A DNA stretch of 64,000 bases, from the NCBI GenBank assembly GCA_946965045.2, contig OX337229.1:1302001-1366000 (forward strand). Direction: 5' to 3'. The stretch is from Epithemia pelagica (lineage: Eukaryota > Protista > Bacillariophyta). The notes under the pieces are model-generated. The model saw only the letters and a program-made list of their open reading frames with translations. It searched no databases and was not told the origin of the DNA. Below are positions 24,631-36,129 of this stretch, piece by piece; the first letter of the stretch is position 1; every line of letters begins with the position of its first letter. A program made the translations under genes and the position numbers.

Positions 24631-25916
24631 ATGGACGGAAAGCCGAAGCATCATGAGAGACGATCTAAATCGACGAAGCCTGACCAACGTAAGGCCCCCC
24701 GATTCCGAGCCATGAAAATGGAAGTTGGGGAGCCGAAGTTGGCTGTGCACGATTTGGAAATCAAGGGAGGTCTTTCTGATGCAGGGGCAAAAAGCAAAGG
24801 CCCGAAAGAAACTTTCCGCTTTGATCGCAAACCTTCTAAACATCGTGGTTGGGATAAACCTCAGCTGACAGTCTTGGGTCTTTACTATCCCTTGGGACCG
24901 TGCAAGACTCCTCTGATCCTAAACGATCTAAATGAGGTTCTTTCTAAGCTTGAGAAAGCCTTTCGGATGCAATCCTTGCACACAACCTTTGTGGATTCCC
25001 CAATTTCTGCGGTCTGTAAATCATTGGATCAGGTGGAACTTGAAGTAGTACTTTTCGAGGCACGCGATGAGCCGGAAAAGATGATTATTGACATTAATCG
25101 TCTCGATGGAGATTCCTATTCTTTCCACTCATATGCTCAACACATTCTTTGTTCTGTTTTGGGCATTGAATCAGAATCCCCACCAGGAACATCGCCTTCC
25201 TGGAACATCAACTTGTTGAGTCAGGCGGACAGCATAGGCCCGGGTGTTGAAAACGTTGGAGATGCCTTGGAAATCTCGTTCAATCTAATGAAGACAGATC
25301 GATACGATTCTAAGAAACTTGGCTTAGAGGCTCTTGTGCACATGACCAACCCGACCAAGAGCGGATGGTCAGCAGCCAAAGCCGTAGCAGGTTCGCTGAT
25401 TCGACCAGATGGTGCCGTCGCAGAACAACTCACCCAAATTGTGCTCAAGCTTGCATGCAAAAGCGTTGTGGTGGAAAGTTCTGGTACGTGCCTAGAGAAT
25501 CTGGCAGAAATGGACTCCTCGGAACAGACAAACTGACCGTATTGCTGCTCCATTTTATGAAAGACCCGTCTCTCCGCGGCTTTTCAGACGCGGACTTTGC
25601 CTACCTCAGCTTGGTAATCATTGCCCAAATTCTTGAAGTTGCTGCCGGGGCCCAGACTATGGACGTGAAGACATTTCTTGATGTTTGTCCGGCTGATCTT
25701 GTGGGAAGCGTCATTGAAAAAGTTAGGGATGTCCAAAGTGACCCGCATAGAGCCTACTATGCTGTTCAATGCCTGGCTTCCCTTTGTCGCTGCGTTCCCT
25801 CCACAAAGATGAGAATTAATGGGTCCGATGTGGAGGAGGCACGGCTTGTTGGGGATTCCTGTCATTTAGCCCTTGCAACTGCCACACAAAAGCTTCTTGG
25901 TACTCTTCAGGCCTGA
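24631..25916 (+). CDS. Uncharacterised protein, two exons (KA1-like segment followed by a helical region)
   Basis: ORFs 24631-25536 and 25365-25916 are joined in frame by intron 25484-25563 (gtacgt...ctgac...aag). VELEVVLF...IIDINRLDGD is KA1-like. Confidence 0.55.
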
Positions 25917-26060
25917 CTAGTCCGTGTGCGAAAGATTGGGTCATTGTCGATGCGTAGACGGGAAGTCCATGAGATCGTTCCATCAAGTAGCCTAGTAGAA
26001 TTGATTTACATGATGATTACTCTGCTTTCGAAGATACCTACTTCAACTCGATGTGTTTGG

Positions 26061-26187
26061 ACTGTGGAGCGCCCAACGATGAACATGTCTTCGACGATCA
26101 TTGAGCATCTTGTTGTGACCTACTTAAACACTGTGGAGCGCCCAAAGATGAACATGTTTTCGACGATCATTGAGCATCTTCTTGTGA
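26061..26187. repeat. Tandem duplication, 69-bp period
   Basis: A 58-bp block (actgtggagcgccca...cttgtga) occurs at 26061-26118 and 26130-26187 with 3 mismatches. Confidence 0.9.
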
Positions 26188-26687
26188 TTTTCACTGGTAT
26201 CACGCTGCAATGGTGAAGTTCCCTCCGACAACTTCAAGCATTTTATGTTGTTGCGTGTGACTTTTCTCGTCTTCAGCAATCGGAACGTCATGAACTGCCC
26301 AACTACCCCTTCTTGTTGGCCAAGTGACGTTCCAATTGCTCGAATGACAAGCTTCATAACTTCCACTTGATTGCATTGATCTAGTTTTCTGATCCAATAA
26401 TCCAACGGTACTGCAAGGCCTACAAGTTCGATTTCGACGACGGAAAACAACGAACGGGTGATGGTATTCAACCAGTTCGGAAGCAGTTGATTAGAAGAAT
26501 TCTGTACCTAGTTTTTCGCCATCCAAGTTTCTCGGGATGCAGCGGCGCCATGTCGCTCGTCAATGCCTCTTTACGTTCCCCTGAATGGTTGGTAGATCGC
26601 ATTTTGGGAGGACTTCTCTCTATTTTGACGAAGGAACCGCCATCGTCATCGTGCTCCCTTGGTTTTGCGCGTCTCCTCTCTTCGGAT

Positions 26688-26737
26688 GCACGTTTGGATC
26701 TCAGCGCACGTTTGGATCTCAGCGCACGTTTGGATCT
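26688..26737. repeat. 18-bp tandem repeat, about 2.8 copies
   Basis: gcacgtttggatctcagc twice, then gcacgtttggatct. Confidence 0.95.
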
Positions 26738-26815
26738 TTAAATTTTAAAAATCAGTTTTTCGGTTATGGGTTATGAGACTTCCGATCATCCGCAGCAGAC
26801 CCATCACCAATCACC

Positions 26816-27466
26816 ATGGCAGGTTTGGGGCGCCGAACCCATTACCGCAAGCACGTGACCGATTCGGTATTGCATGATTTTCCAGAGCCTCTTCAGGATG
26901 AATCCATTGCCGTTGTCGTGCAGACCAGAGGGAGTAATCAGTTCGACGTCCAATTGCCACATTCCACCGAGAGTCAACTTGCCATTCTCCCCACCAAATT
27001 TCGAAAACTAGTGTGGCTTAAACGGAACGATTATGTTATTGTCCAAACAGCGTCCACGGTCAATGATAATCGTGAAAACACTGATGAAGGTGACACGTCC
27101 AACGACGGTGAATCAAAAGAGATTGGAGTTGGCACCGCTGTGACATCCGAGACAACGCAAGATACGGGCTCGATTCGGTGTGTGGTGAAACACATTTTGT
27201 ACAGTGACCAGATCAAGCATTTACGATCCAAAGGTTTATGGCCTGTCGACGATCCGATCTTTGATCATGCTCAAGGCGGTGATGAGCATCAGCAATCAGC
27301 GCGGGACAGTATTGAAGCAAGCGATGGAATTGTCTACGACCAAAATTACGGTATCGATGACGAAGGAGCCGAGGATGCTGATCTTTTTATTAACACCAAT
27401 CGAGTTTCCAGGATTACGCTTGAAGACGACCCATCATCTTCTGACGAAAGTGGCAACGATGACTGA
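26816..27466 (+). CDS. EIF1AD: Probable RNA-binding protein EIF1AD (S1/eIF1A-like OB fold)
   Basis: RGSNQFDV, LAILPTKFRKLVWLKRNDYVIV, QIKHLRSKGLWP, and an acidic tail with LFINTNR. Confidence 0.85.
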   Translation: MAGLGRRTHYRKHVTDSVLHDFPEPLQDESIAVVVQTRGSNQFDVQLPHSTESQLAILPTKFRKLVWLKRNDYVIVQTASTVNDNRENTDEGDTSNDGESKEIGVGTAVTSETTQDTGSIRCVVKHILYSDQIKHLRSKGLWPVDDPIFDHAQGGDEHQQSARDSIEASDGIVYDQNYGIDDEGAEDADLFINTNRVSRITLEDDPSSSDESGNDD

Positions 27467-27738
27467 TCTGTTTTTTTGTTAGATCTTTTCGTCGCTTCGA
27501 GAATCGCGACGACAGCGTTTGTCGTGGGTTTTTGAAAAAAATTGTTCAAGATGCATACTTCTTGGCACAGAATTTCTTCGACTGGTTCATCTTACCAGAT
27601 CGGATCGATCGACCTCTTACTCATTCAAAGTCGTGATCCTTCGTACAAAACCGGCCAATTCAGCTTTATAATTCAATGTCCTCGGGTGCATTTTGTTCCA
27701 TGATAATTTCAGAGACGATTTCGCGTCCGTGCGTCCAA

Positions 27739-28185
27739 TCAACCTGAGACTAAACTTCTCGATAGTTCATTCATTATGAATTCGGATGACCCGACGTGCT
27801 CTTCAATTTGTCTCAGTTTTGCTTGTCGATGCTTGAGAACCTCGTTCAGATAGACCAAACGCTTATCGATAAATGCAATTCCTTCTGAGACTGTAAACTC
27901 CACATGAAATCCCATGCCCACGTGGACGAATATAGTTGAAGTGAAATCAAGTTGGGCTTCACAAAAGACTTTGCCATGGCCCAAGTCCACTCTCTTTTCT
28001 TTTCGGCTCATTCCTGCAGCGGAGTCGTTGTTGAGTTTAAGGGTTTCCAAAAGCTCACGGTATTCAGTCATCTCTTGGTGTACTTTGTTCTTGGCTTTCT
28101 TAGCTTCCACAAGTTGTGGACGTAACACATTATCAATGAAGCCTCGATACTCAACCAACTTGGCTTTCGTCGCTGCATGATCCAT
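27739..28185 (-). CDS. UXT: UXT / prefoldin alpha-type subunit
   Basis: YRGFIDNVLRPQL, VDLGHGKVFCEA and IFVHVGMGFHVEFT. Most likely ATG at 28185. Confidence 0.8.
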   Translation of the reverse strand: MDHAATKAKLVEYRGFIDNVLRPQLVEAKKAKNKVHQEMTEYRELLETLKLNNDSAAGMSRKEKRVDLGHGKVFCEAQLDFTSTIFVHVGMGFHVEFTVSEGIAFIDKRLVYLNEVLKHRQAKLRQIEEHVGSSEFIMNELSRSLVSG

Positions 28186-28186
28186 C

Positions 28187-28231
28187 CTTTTCTTTTCTTT
28201 TCTTTTCTTTTCTTTTCTTTTCTTTTCTTTC
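28187..28231. repeat. Pentanucleotide microsatellite (CTTTT)8-9
   Basis: Perfect repeat directly visible; it ends 2 bp upstream of the UXT ATG on the minus strand. Confidence 0.97.
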
Positions 28232-28504
28232 TCCAATAACAACAACAACCCTAAGAACAGCAACAGAGTTCTCTCCTCTATCTTTCGTTTGGTCTTTTGT
28301 GTAAATGTATTTTGCAAAAAATGCAAGCCCCAAAGTTGCCAAAGGGCCCGTACCTTACCATGTACCATAACAAATAACAACCCCCTTTTCGGCCTCGTGT
28401 TGGCGGGCGCGCATTAAGCGACTCAAAAGCGGTCCCTCTGTCCGACGAACAACAACGGCACATAACGGCATGAGATGTGTGGCAATCTCAGAAAAAAAGT
28501 CTGA

Positions 28505-29202
28505 GGGCTGGTCTTATCGGCGTGAAATTTCACACATTTCACACTTTTGGCCTACGTGTCCTGACGTTGCACAGGCCGAGTGTGAAATTTTTGTGAAATT
28601 CACACGAGGCAATTTGAGGCCCCCCATTGCAGTTTCACAAAAATTTCACACTTCGTCTATGGTTACTAGGAGTAGGTGGTTACTAGGTGGTTACTAGGTG
28701 TAATTTCCCCCCAGTACATGAAGACGTTCTTAGCCCCTCCGCAACAATCAAAGAATTATTGCCACCATGACGCCGTTGTCCACCGCACCTCAGGAGGATG
28801 GCCCTGCTAAGAAGAAGCCCAAGCGCGTAGAGAAGCCATTACCTGAGTATTTACAGGGACTAGACTAGTTGTGCAGCCGGGCTATGGCCATTACATACAT
28901 AGGAAGATTCTTTGTTGGTTGGCGTGCCTGCTGCAGGAACCTCCATTTCATCTGCATGAGACCAAACGCCATCTCAATTCTGAATTGCCTCTGCCTCTAG
29001 GTACTTGGAATAGATCATGCTTATTTGTTTGGTTGTTGGAAGCACATGAATGACCCTTGGGGGAAGACTACGGCTGTGTGAAATCGATTTCACACTCGTA
29101 GCCATCGATTGGACCCAAGTTTTTCACACCCTAAAAACTGTGACATTTGGAAGCTGGTTTTGGGTGAAATGTGTGAAATTTCACGCACGATAAGACCAGC
29201 CC
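28505..29202. mobile_element. Non-autonomous TIR element (MITE-like, PIF/Harbinger-type), 698 bp
   Basis: TIRs 28505-28542 and 29164-29202 (GGGCTGGTCTTATCG[T]GCGTGAAATTTCACACATTTCAC) are identical except for a 1-bp indel. A 3-bp direct repeat TGA flanks both ends (28502-04, 29203-05). Many subterminal GTGAAA/TTTCAC motifs; no transposase ORF. Confidence 0.88.
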
Positions 29203-29272
29203 TGAGAGATGATGTGTTGCTCTTATGAACAGGAGATCAATGTTGACAAGCTCGTAGTTATATAAATGGATC

Positions 29273-32200
29273 ATGGTGAAACCACCGCGTACCATGCAAC
29301 CCGAAAGGGTGACGGATTGGGAGAAAACTGGACGCGAGTCGACAAAATCGTTTGGGCAAGACTCTTTCCACAACTACATGGCAAGGAAAATTGCTTTGCA
29401 GCGACAACAGTTTGGCTTGCAATTACCACCACCTCCAGATGATAAGGATCATTCAAAGATTGATTCTCCTTCACGAAGCAGCCTGAAATCACCCAAGTCG
29501 CTCATGAAGAGCAGGCAAAAATATTCCGCTTCAAAGTCTTATGAAATGTCAGGGAGCAACGACAATACGCAACAGACAACCTCTTCTCTGCGCGTCAGGT
29601 TTGCACCGGGATCCAAGATTGATGCTCCTGCAGACTCTTCAAGCAGCCTTTTGCGTTCTTCTTTGCGCAGAAAGTCGAAAAGATCGTCATTGAACGCCGG
29701 AATGAATTGTATGCTTCGTCGCCTCAAACGACGTCATGGGTCCATTGGTTCATGTGATTCGGAAGCAGAGGCTTTGACGGGAAACAGCGACAGTGAATCG
29801 TCGTTACAAAACCGGCCTTACCTCGAGGCAAGACGCCATCGGTCGTCCATCGTCGACGAGGCCGGGGAAGAGACAATCGCACAGACACGTTCGACTTCTT
29901 TGTCGAACACAGTGAATCCTGCCAAAAGCCACTACATTCAAACGCCGTCGCCTGATAGAAAGCCAATTGATCGACATCGCCCCGACCTCATATTTTCAGA
30001 AGTTGTTGTATTGGTGAATGGGGACACAAATCCAGACGCAGACACTCTACAACGCTTGCTCCATCAAACCGGCGGTGACGTTGAGCGCTACGAAACCACA
30101 CGAGTTACCCACATAGTCGCAGAGCATTTGAGTTTCGCAAAGGCAAAAATGTACAAGAACCAACGAGACCCTCGACCTGTCGTTTATCCCTCCTGGATTG
30201 TGGACAGTATCGCCGCCAAGAAACTCTTGCCTTCAGCACAGTACCTCTTGAAAGAGTTCGTACCAGAGGAATCGAGATTACAACCCTCCGTGAAGGATTT
30301 CTTTAAGCCGTCAGGGAAGAGCACGATCCATACACATCAGATTACGAATGTGGAGCCCATTCGTTCCCCTCATCTAAATGCAATGCCTGGTCAAGAAAAC
30401 CATCACGAACAAAATGACGACGAACGCTTGGAAGAAACTCCTCCTCTAGAAATGGAAATCGATTCATTCTCTGAGAACAACGAAGAGCGACTGGACACCA
30501 GAGGTATAAGCAAGAATGATATCAACCACACGCCTCATGATGCTTCTGTACTTGGTAGTCACAGTCAACGTGTTGAATCTACTTTTTTGATGAAAGAGGC
30601 ATTATCCGTACAAGAGCCCCGTGATATTCAACGATCCCCAATAGCTGATAACGAAGCACATCCACGGAACCAAGAAAGTGATGGAACTCAGCACGAAGAG
30701 TTGTCGGTGTTGGAAGGCAAGGATGACTCCCCACTGCCTTGTACGGAGAAAAACTTGGCCCCAACGGATGTTAAGATAGTTGAAACAGAAGCTGATTCTG
30801 ATGCACAGGAGAACGTGGAAGTCGTGGCGCCTCGTGTTTCACTTCATCGTAGTTCAGGGGGCACTGATGATAAGTACATCAATGGCCGCATTCGAACGGT
30901 CGGGACCGATCCTGACTTCCTCAAATCGTTTTTCCGGAACTCCCGTCTCAGTTATATTGGGAGTTTTAAGCAACGACAAATAAACAGAACAGAGAACCTT
31001 TCAAAACTCAACGGTGGTGATCGATTTGTTTTCCACATCGATATGGACTGTTTCTTCGCCGCGGTCGTTTTGCGAAAGTTCCCGCAGTATCGCAAGCATC
31101 CTGTTGTCATTTCCCACCATGGACAAACAAGCACAGCGGAATCCGAATCAAACGAGTCATATAAAAACTCCACCAGTGAATGTGCAACGTGCAACTACGA
31201 AGCACGGAAGTTTGGGATCAAGAAGGGTATGTATCTGAAACGTGCAAAGGAACTCTGTCCATCTCTTGTTGTCCTGTCATATGACTTCGAAGGGTATCAA
31301 GAAGTTTCTTCTACTGTTGGTGACATCGCACATGGTGTTTCATCAAAGTTTGGAGGACTGGTTGAAGAAGTGTCATGTGATGAATCATATATGGAGCTTC
31401 GGTTAGAAAATAGCGTGTTGGCTGCCGAGATTGCCGAGCAGATTCGTACAGAAATACACAAACAAACCGACTGTACGGCAACGATTGGAGTTGCCAAGAA
31501 CAAGTTCATAGCCAAGCTCGCTACTGATCACGTAAAACCGAACCGATCTTTTGTTGTAGAGGACTTTCAAGCGCTACTGCGACCACTTAAGTTGCGGGAT
31601 CTACATGGGATTGGATATCGATCGGAACCAAAACTTGCCAAAAATGGCCTCCTGACGGTGCAGGATGTATGGGATCGCGGAGCATCAGGTCTTCATGAAC
31701 TTAAGAACATCTTGGGTCCACGACTGGGTGAAAGAATATGGATGTTCTGTCGAGGAGAAGACGATCGAGCTGTTGTGTGTGCTGAACGAAAAACAATAGG
31801 GGCTGAAGTAAGTTTTTCCTGTCATCATGATGCCTTGAAATATGGAGTATCTTACAAGAAATATTCCTCAGTGCAATTACGGTGTTCGTTTCGACGGACC
31901 TTATGGGGTTAACTATATGATACGAGGTTTGGCGCAAGAGGTCGAGGCCCGCATGAAAGGGGTGGGGGTGAAAGGTTTAAAGGTCACTTTGAAAGTCAAA
32001 AAACGAAAACCGAATGCCCCTCCCCCTCCAAAGTTTTTGGGTCATGGCAGCTGCTTCAACTTGTCTAAGAGTCTTGACGCACCACAGTTCACCAGAGATG
32101 CATTAGTACTTTCAACAGTTGCTACAAAGTTGTTCGAGTCCTTGGATGTTCCAAAAGACGACGTCCGAGGGATGGGAATGGTCGTGAGCAATCTCCGTAC

Positions 32201-33002
32201 AGATGAAACCGAGTCATTTGACGGGAACAGAAACATAGAGAAGTTCTTCCAGAAAAAATGCTCCACCGAAGACTCTAAAATCGATGCCACGAAATGTCGC
32301 AATCACGAGGTCGTCGCTGTGAGTGAGGGCAAACCGAGAACCATAGGAAGAGCTAGCAAGTCGGGGACTGTGAAGGCTCAGTCGTACGATCCTTGTCCCC
32401 AGGATCAACAGGACGATTTATCAGTAGAAGTAGTTGAGATGAAACCAGGGGATGAATGGGATGTAGCTCTACCAGCATTCAGCCAGATTCACATGAGCCA
32501 AGTTGATGCTTTGCCCAGTCCACTTCGCCGACAGATAAAAAGCAAGATTGAGCGGGAGAACAATCGAAGCCGAAAGCTTCTAGCACATCATGGATATGCT
32601 TTTAGCGCAGGAGCGAGCGAGGCAGGGGGACTCAGAGATCCTCATACCACAGAGACATTCTCTAACGATGAGAACACAAAATCTCCACCATCTAATTTTT
32701 CTCACACGCCCTACGAGGATCTATCTTTAGCCGCAGCCGATTCGCGACATTTCTTCCTTGAGAATATTCTTCCTCTCTCAAAATACCTTGACGAAAACCC
32801 ACCTTGCACATTCTCAATTGAGAAGGTAGTTGCGTTCTTCGGCGAACTGACCAAGGATTCTCGCTATTTTGATGCAATTCGCTTGCTACGCTCGATTCAG
32901 CATCGCAGAGACACATGGAGTTCGAAACCAACGTTTGAACTTGTCCTAAACGCAATCAATTCGAAACTTGTTGTTGCCATGGGCGCATCGATTTCTCTGT
33001 AG
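29273..33002 (+). CDS. REV1: DNA repair protein REV1 (BRCT + Y-family polymerase + UBM + C-terminal domain)
   Basis: BRCT (VTHIVA...YPSWIVDSI), FFRNSRLSYIG, HIDMDCFF, CNYEARKFGIKKGM, SCDE and RKTIGAE|CNYG (intron 31808-31871). Confidence 0.95.
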
Positions 33003-33316
33003 TAGGAGAGAGCAAGTCAAAGCAGAATAAGTAGCGTTCAACGGTGACCAACAGAAGGCAATGAGGTGGAGAAAGTCGCATGCTGACGCCATTGCATGGT
33101 TTCAGCTATGGTTCTTCTTGTAATGGTAATCTCTTTCCCTGCACACCATCTCCTCAAGTGAACATATTTGAACATAAAACTAAAGTATATGAATTTTGTA
33201 TTTGAAGTATATCATTTCATGGTGCAGCGAAGTTACGGGAATGCATGATGATATCGTCGCAGTTACAATTCTTTATTGTACAACAAACTTGAAAGTTAGC
33301 ACCTATGCATTACAAT

Positions 33317-34229
33317 TTACAATGGACCGGATGATTCGATTTCCCGAAGCGCCAGGGGAACACAATCAGGAACAGAGAGAGGCTGAACTCCAAGCTTTCC
33401 ACGCCGAGCAGACACGTGTAAATCCAAAAACTCAATTAATTTGGTAATGAATGCACCTGATGGTCGCAACAGTGCTTCAATGTTGTTGTGACCGGCACCA
33501 TCAACCCAGAACGGTTTCGCCCTCCAAGCCTGAGGTAAAGCCAAGAACAAATCTTCGCCGTGCCAAAAAGGAACCTGGGAAGTGGAAACGAGGTATTAAG
33601 AAAACATCCAGTATACCGCTGATTTCAGTCCAATTGGCACTTACCACTTCATCCTGTGTCCCATGTATAATAAACACCGGGCATGCAATTGAAGGCGCAT
33701 AATCAATATTTGGAAAGCGGTCGCCGATCATCGTAAACCGAAAATTGAATGCCACACGATATGCAGAAAGAAGCGGTGACTGCAAGATAACTCCCCCTAC
33801 AGACCTCCCGCATGTTGCCGTTTTCGACGCCAAGTAACAGGAGGGTCCACTTCCCAGTGATCTTCCATAGAGAACAATTTGTTCTGGTTGAATCCGTCGT
33901 ACCTCGGTGAGATATTTGTATGCAGCGTCTATATCGTTGTAGCAGTTGTCCTCCGAGGCTGTTCCATTCGATTTTCCGTATCCTGTGTAATCATATGCCA
34001 TTATATTTACTCTCAGAACACGAGCAAGATCGTTGAACCAATCATATATCATGCCCAAGTCTTCAGCATTGCCATGTGAAAACAGGATTGTCACAGTTGC
34101 TGCCGGTCTTTCGATGAAGAAAGCTGGAATTCGACTTCCATGACCCGTGTTAAGCCAGAAATGCCTACTGGGATGCAAAAATGTTGGAGGTGGTGGTTGA
34201 AATAACAAAGAGCTGATGGCATCACCCAT
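33317..34229 (-). CDS. ABHD17: ABHD17-like alpha/beta hydrolase (protein depalmitoylase)
   Basis: FSHGNAEDLG, YDYTGYGKS, YGRSLGSGP, IHGTQDEVV|PFWHG (intron 33644-33575) and GAGHNNIE give a complete Ser-Asp-His triad. Confidence 0.92.
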
Positions 34230-34538
34230 TGTCGAATTGGTCAACGGTCGACAAAAAAGTGGACAATGTAACAGCGCGATGTGTGTTGTGTTGTGTGTGT
34301 GTGGAAATGGAGCGGGAGAACCCTAGTTACAGTCCATGTCCAGTTCCAGCCCCTCCTCCTAGCCGGCATTATTTAGGTACTCCTAGGCCTAGGTAGTTGA
34401 CTGACTGGGGGGACTCTAGAGCGATAGGAGTACCTTTTTTGACTGGGAGGACTCATTGCACTGGTAAGATTGAGAGGTACTCCTAGGACTTCAACTAGAG
34501 ACCTTACTTTTACGACAGGAGATGAAATGTGGAACTTG

Positions 34539-35717
34539 CTATGAGCTCGCTTCGAGGGATGCATCGGCCTTGACCAGCAACAGGTCAGGTTGGATAGACA
34601 ACAGCTCAAAAGTGTTATCCAAGGCGACTTTTCCTCCGACGGAAGCTGCCAATTGAAATGGGAACAAGTTTGTCTGGACATCCCGCAGTTGTACGGTAGA
34701 TGGCGCAACCTGCGCCAACAGATCCAAGCCCTTCTGCCAGGGAATCTTGTTACGTATCGCTGCAAGAAGGGGAAAATCGCCTGCATGATTACGCACATAC
34801 GCTGGTTGTTCCGCTGCTTCCAATGTTGCTGCAATGGCCTCGCGCTCTTTGAGCCTAAAAGGACGTCGTAATAAAAGCAAATGGAGCGCACAATCCCCGT
34901 TCCCATCCGGTACAGAGGCCAGTCCTGGATCATGCTTAAGAGCAAGCTTGTAAAAATTGACCAGCAAGTTGCTGCTATGTAGAAGTCCATGCAACACCAA
35001 ACGAGATGGATCAGGAACTTTTTCTGTTAGACGATCAGCAGTTGACAGGAAGACCACCTTCTCCCAGAATCGGGCGAAATGACCTGACCCCGCAGATTCT
35101 TCTCCCTTGAGTCGTCGCGCGACTGCCATGTAGCCCGGAATGGTTTGTATGTATGCTGTATAGAGTGCTGAAACAGGTGGGATTCCATCAAACGTCGTAA
35201 CTGAAGGTAAACGAGGGTTGACCTGTACAAGGTCCACAATGACCTCCAATAACGCATTGTGGTTACAAGCCGAATGTAGTGCTGTACCACCAAACCGATT
35301 TCGAATCAAGACCCCCTGCAAAGCTCCATCCGCTTTTTCTGTCGGGTTAGCTCCATCATTTTCTCCATCGCTTTGCGAAAGTTCCATTTTCTGCCGTTGG
35401 TGTTCTTGCAAGTGATGCAAAAGATACCGTGTCTTCTTGGGAGTTACTTGAGCATTTCGACAAGCCAGATGAAGAGGTGTGTCGCCATAACGATTGTCCG
35501 CCATGGTTATTGCCATGGGGTGCAAAGAAGCGACAAGATCAATCAGAGATGATGGCGTAGACCCCATCGAGCACAACCAGTGCAGTTTGGTCCATCCCAA
35601 GCTTGGATTCACCATTCGCGCGGCCTCATCAGGATGGGCTTCAAAGTGTGATCGCACTTCATCCCAATGTTGCTCTTCTATCAGCGTATCTATCTGTGTA
35701 TGGGTATGATCAGCCAT
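34539..35717 (-). CDS. Ankyrin-repeat protein
   Basis: GWTKLHWLC, YGDTPLHLAC, GGTALHSAC, GDCALHLL, GDFPLLAA and LFPFQLAA. Confidence 0.8.
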   Translation of the reverse strand: MADHTHTQIDTLIEEQHWDEVRSHFEAHPDEAARMVNPSLGWTKLHWLCSMGSTPSSLIDLVASLHPMAITMADNRYGDTPLHLACRNAQVTPKKTRYLLHHLQEHQRQKMELSQSDGENDGANPTEKADGALQGVLIRNRFGGTALHSACNHNALLEVIVDLVQVNPRLPSVTTFDGIPPVSALYTAYIQTIPGYMAVARRLKGEESAGSGHFARFWEKVVFLSTADRLTEKVPDPSRLVLHGLLHSSNLLVNFYKLALKHDPGLASVPDGNGDCALHLLLLRRPFRLKEREAIAATLEAAEQPAYVRNHAGDFPLLAAIRNKIPWQKGLDLLAQVAPSTVQLRDVQTNLFPFQLAASVGGKVALDNTFELLSIQPDLLLVKADASLEASS

Positions 35718-36129
35718 TCTTGATTCTTGATGTTGTTGTGTACGAGAAAGACCGCGAAGCCTAGCCCCATTAACGTTTATTGGAGGACTTTGCAGACTGT
35801 TTCTCCACGATGGGTACTAGAAAGAGAGCTTGAGAGAGTCTCTCGTCGATTGTCCACAGAACAAACATGAAACATGAGACCTGTCGTGATTGTCATGATT
35901 GATAGAATAAGCCAGGTCTTGTCTTGTTCTTGCTCACGAATCATCGGTCTTTAGCGCTTTCCGCCTTTATGACCCTACGGGTAGTACTACTTTAGATTTT
36001 TAAATTTTAAATTTAATTTTGAGTCTGTTCTGAACTACAGTAAGGCAATCTGGAGTCTGGAGACCTAACTATGTTTGGGAGTTTGGGAGTTTTTCTGATT
36101 TTGTTTTTCTGGTTTTGGACGGGGAGACC

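Noticed and set aside
25365-25563. Apparent frameshift between ORFs 24631-25536 and 25365-25916
   Set aside because: Resolved by a canonical 80-nt intron (25484-25563).
26061-26737. Repeats as a possible CRISPR array
   Set aside because: Only 2-3 contiguous copies, no unique spacers, no cas genes, and a eukaryotic context.
31808-31912. REV1 split into two ORFs
   Set aside because: Resolved by a canonical intron 31808-31871 restoring GAE|CNYG.
35992-36022. TTTAAATTTTAAA block, also seen near 26738
   Set aside because: Low-complexity AT run seen only twice; cannot be distinguished from ordinary promoter AT-richness.
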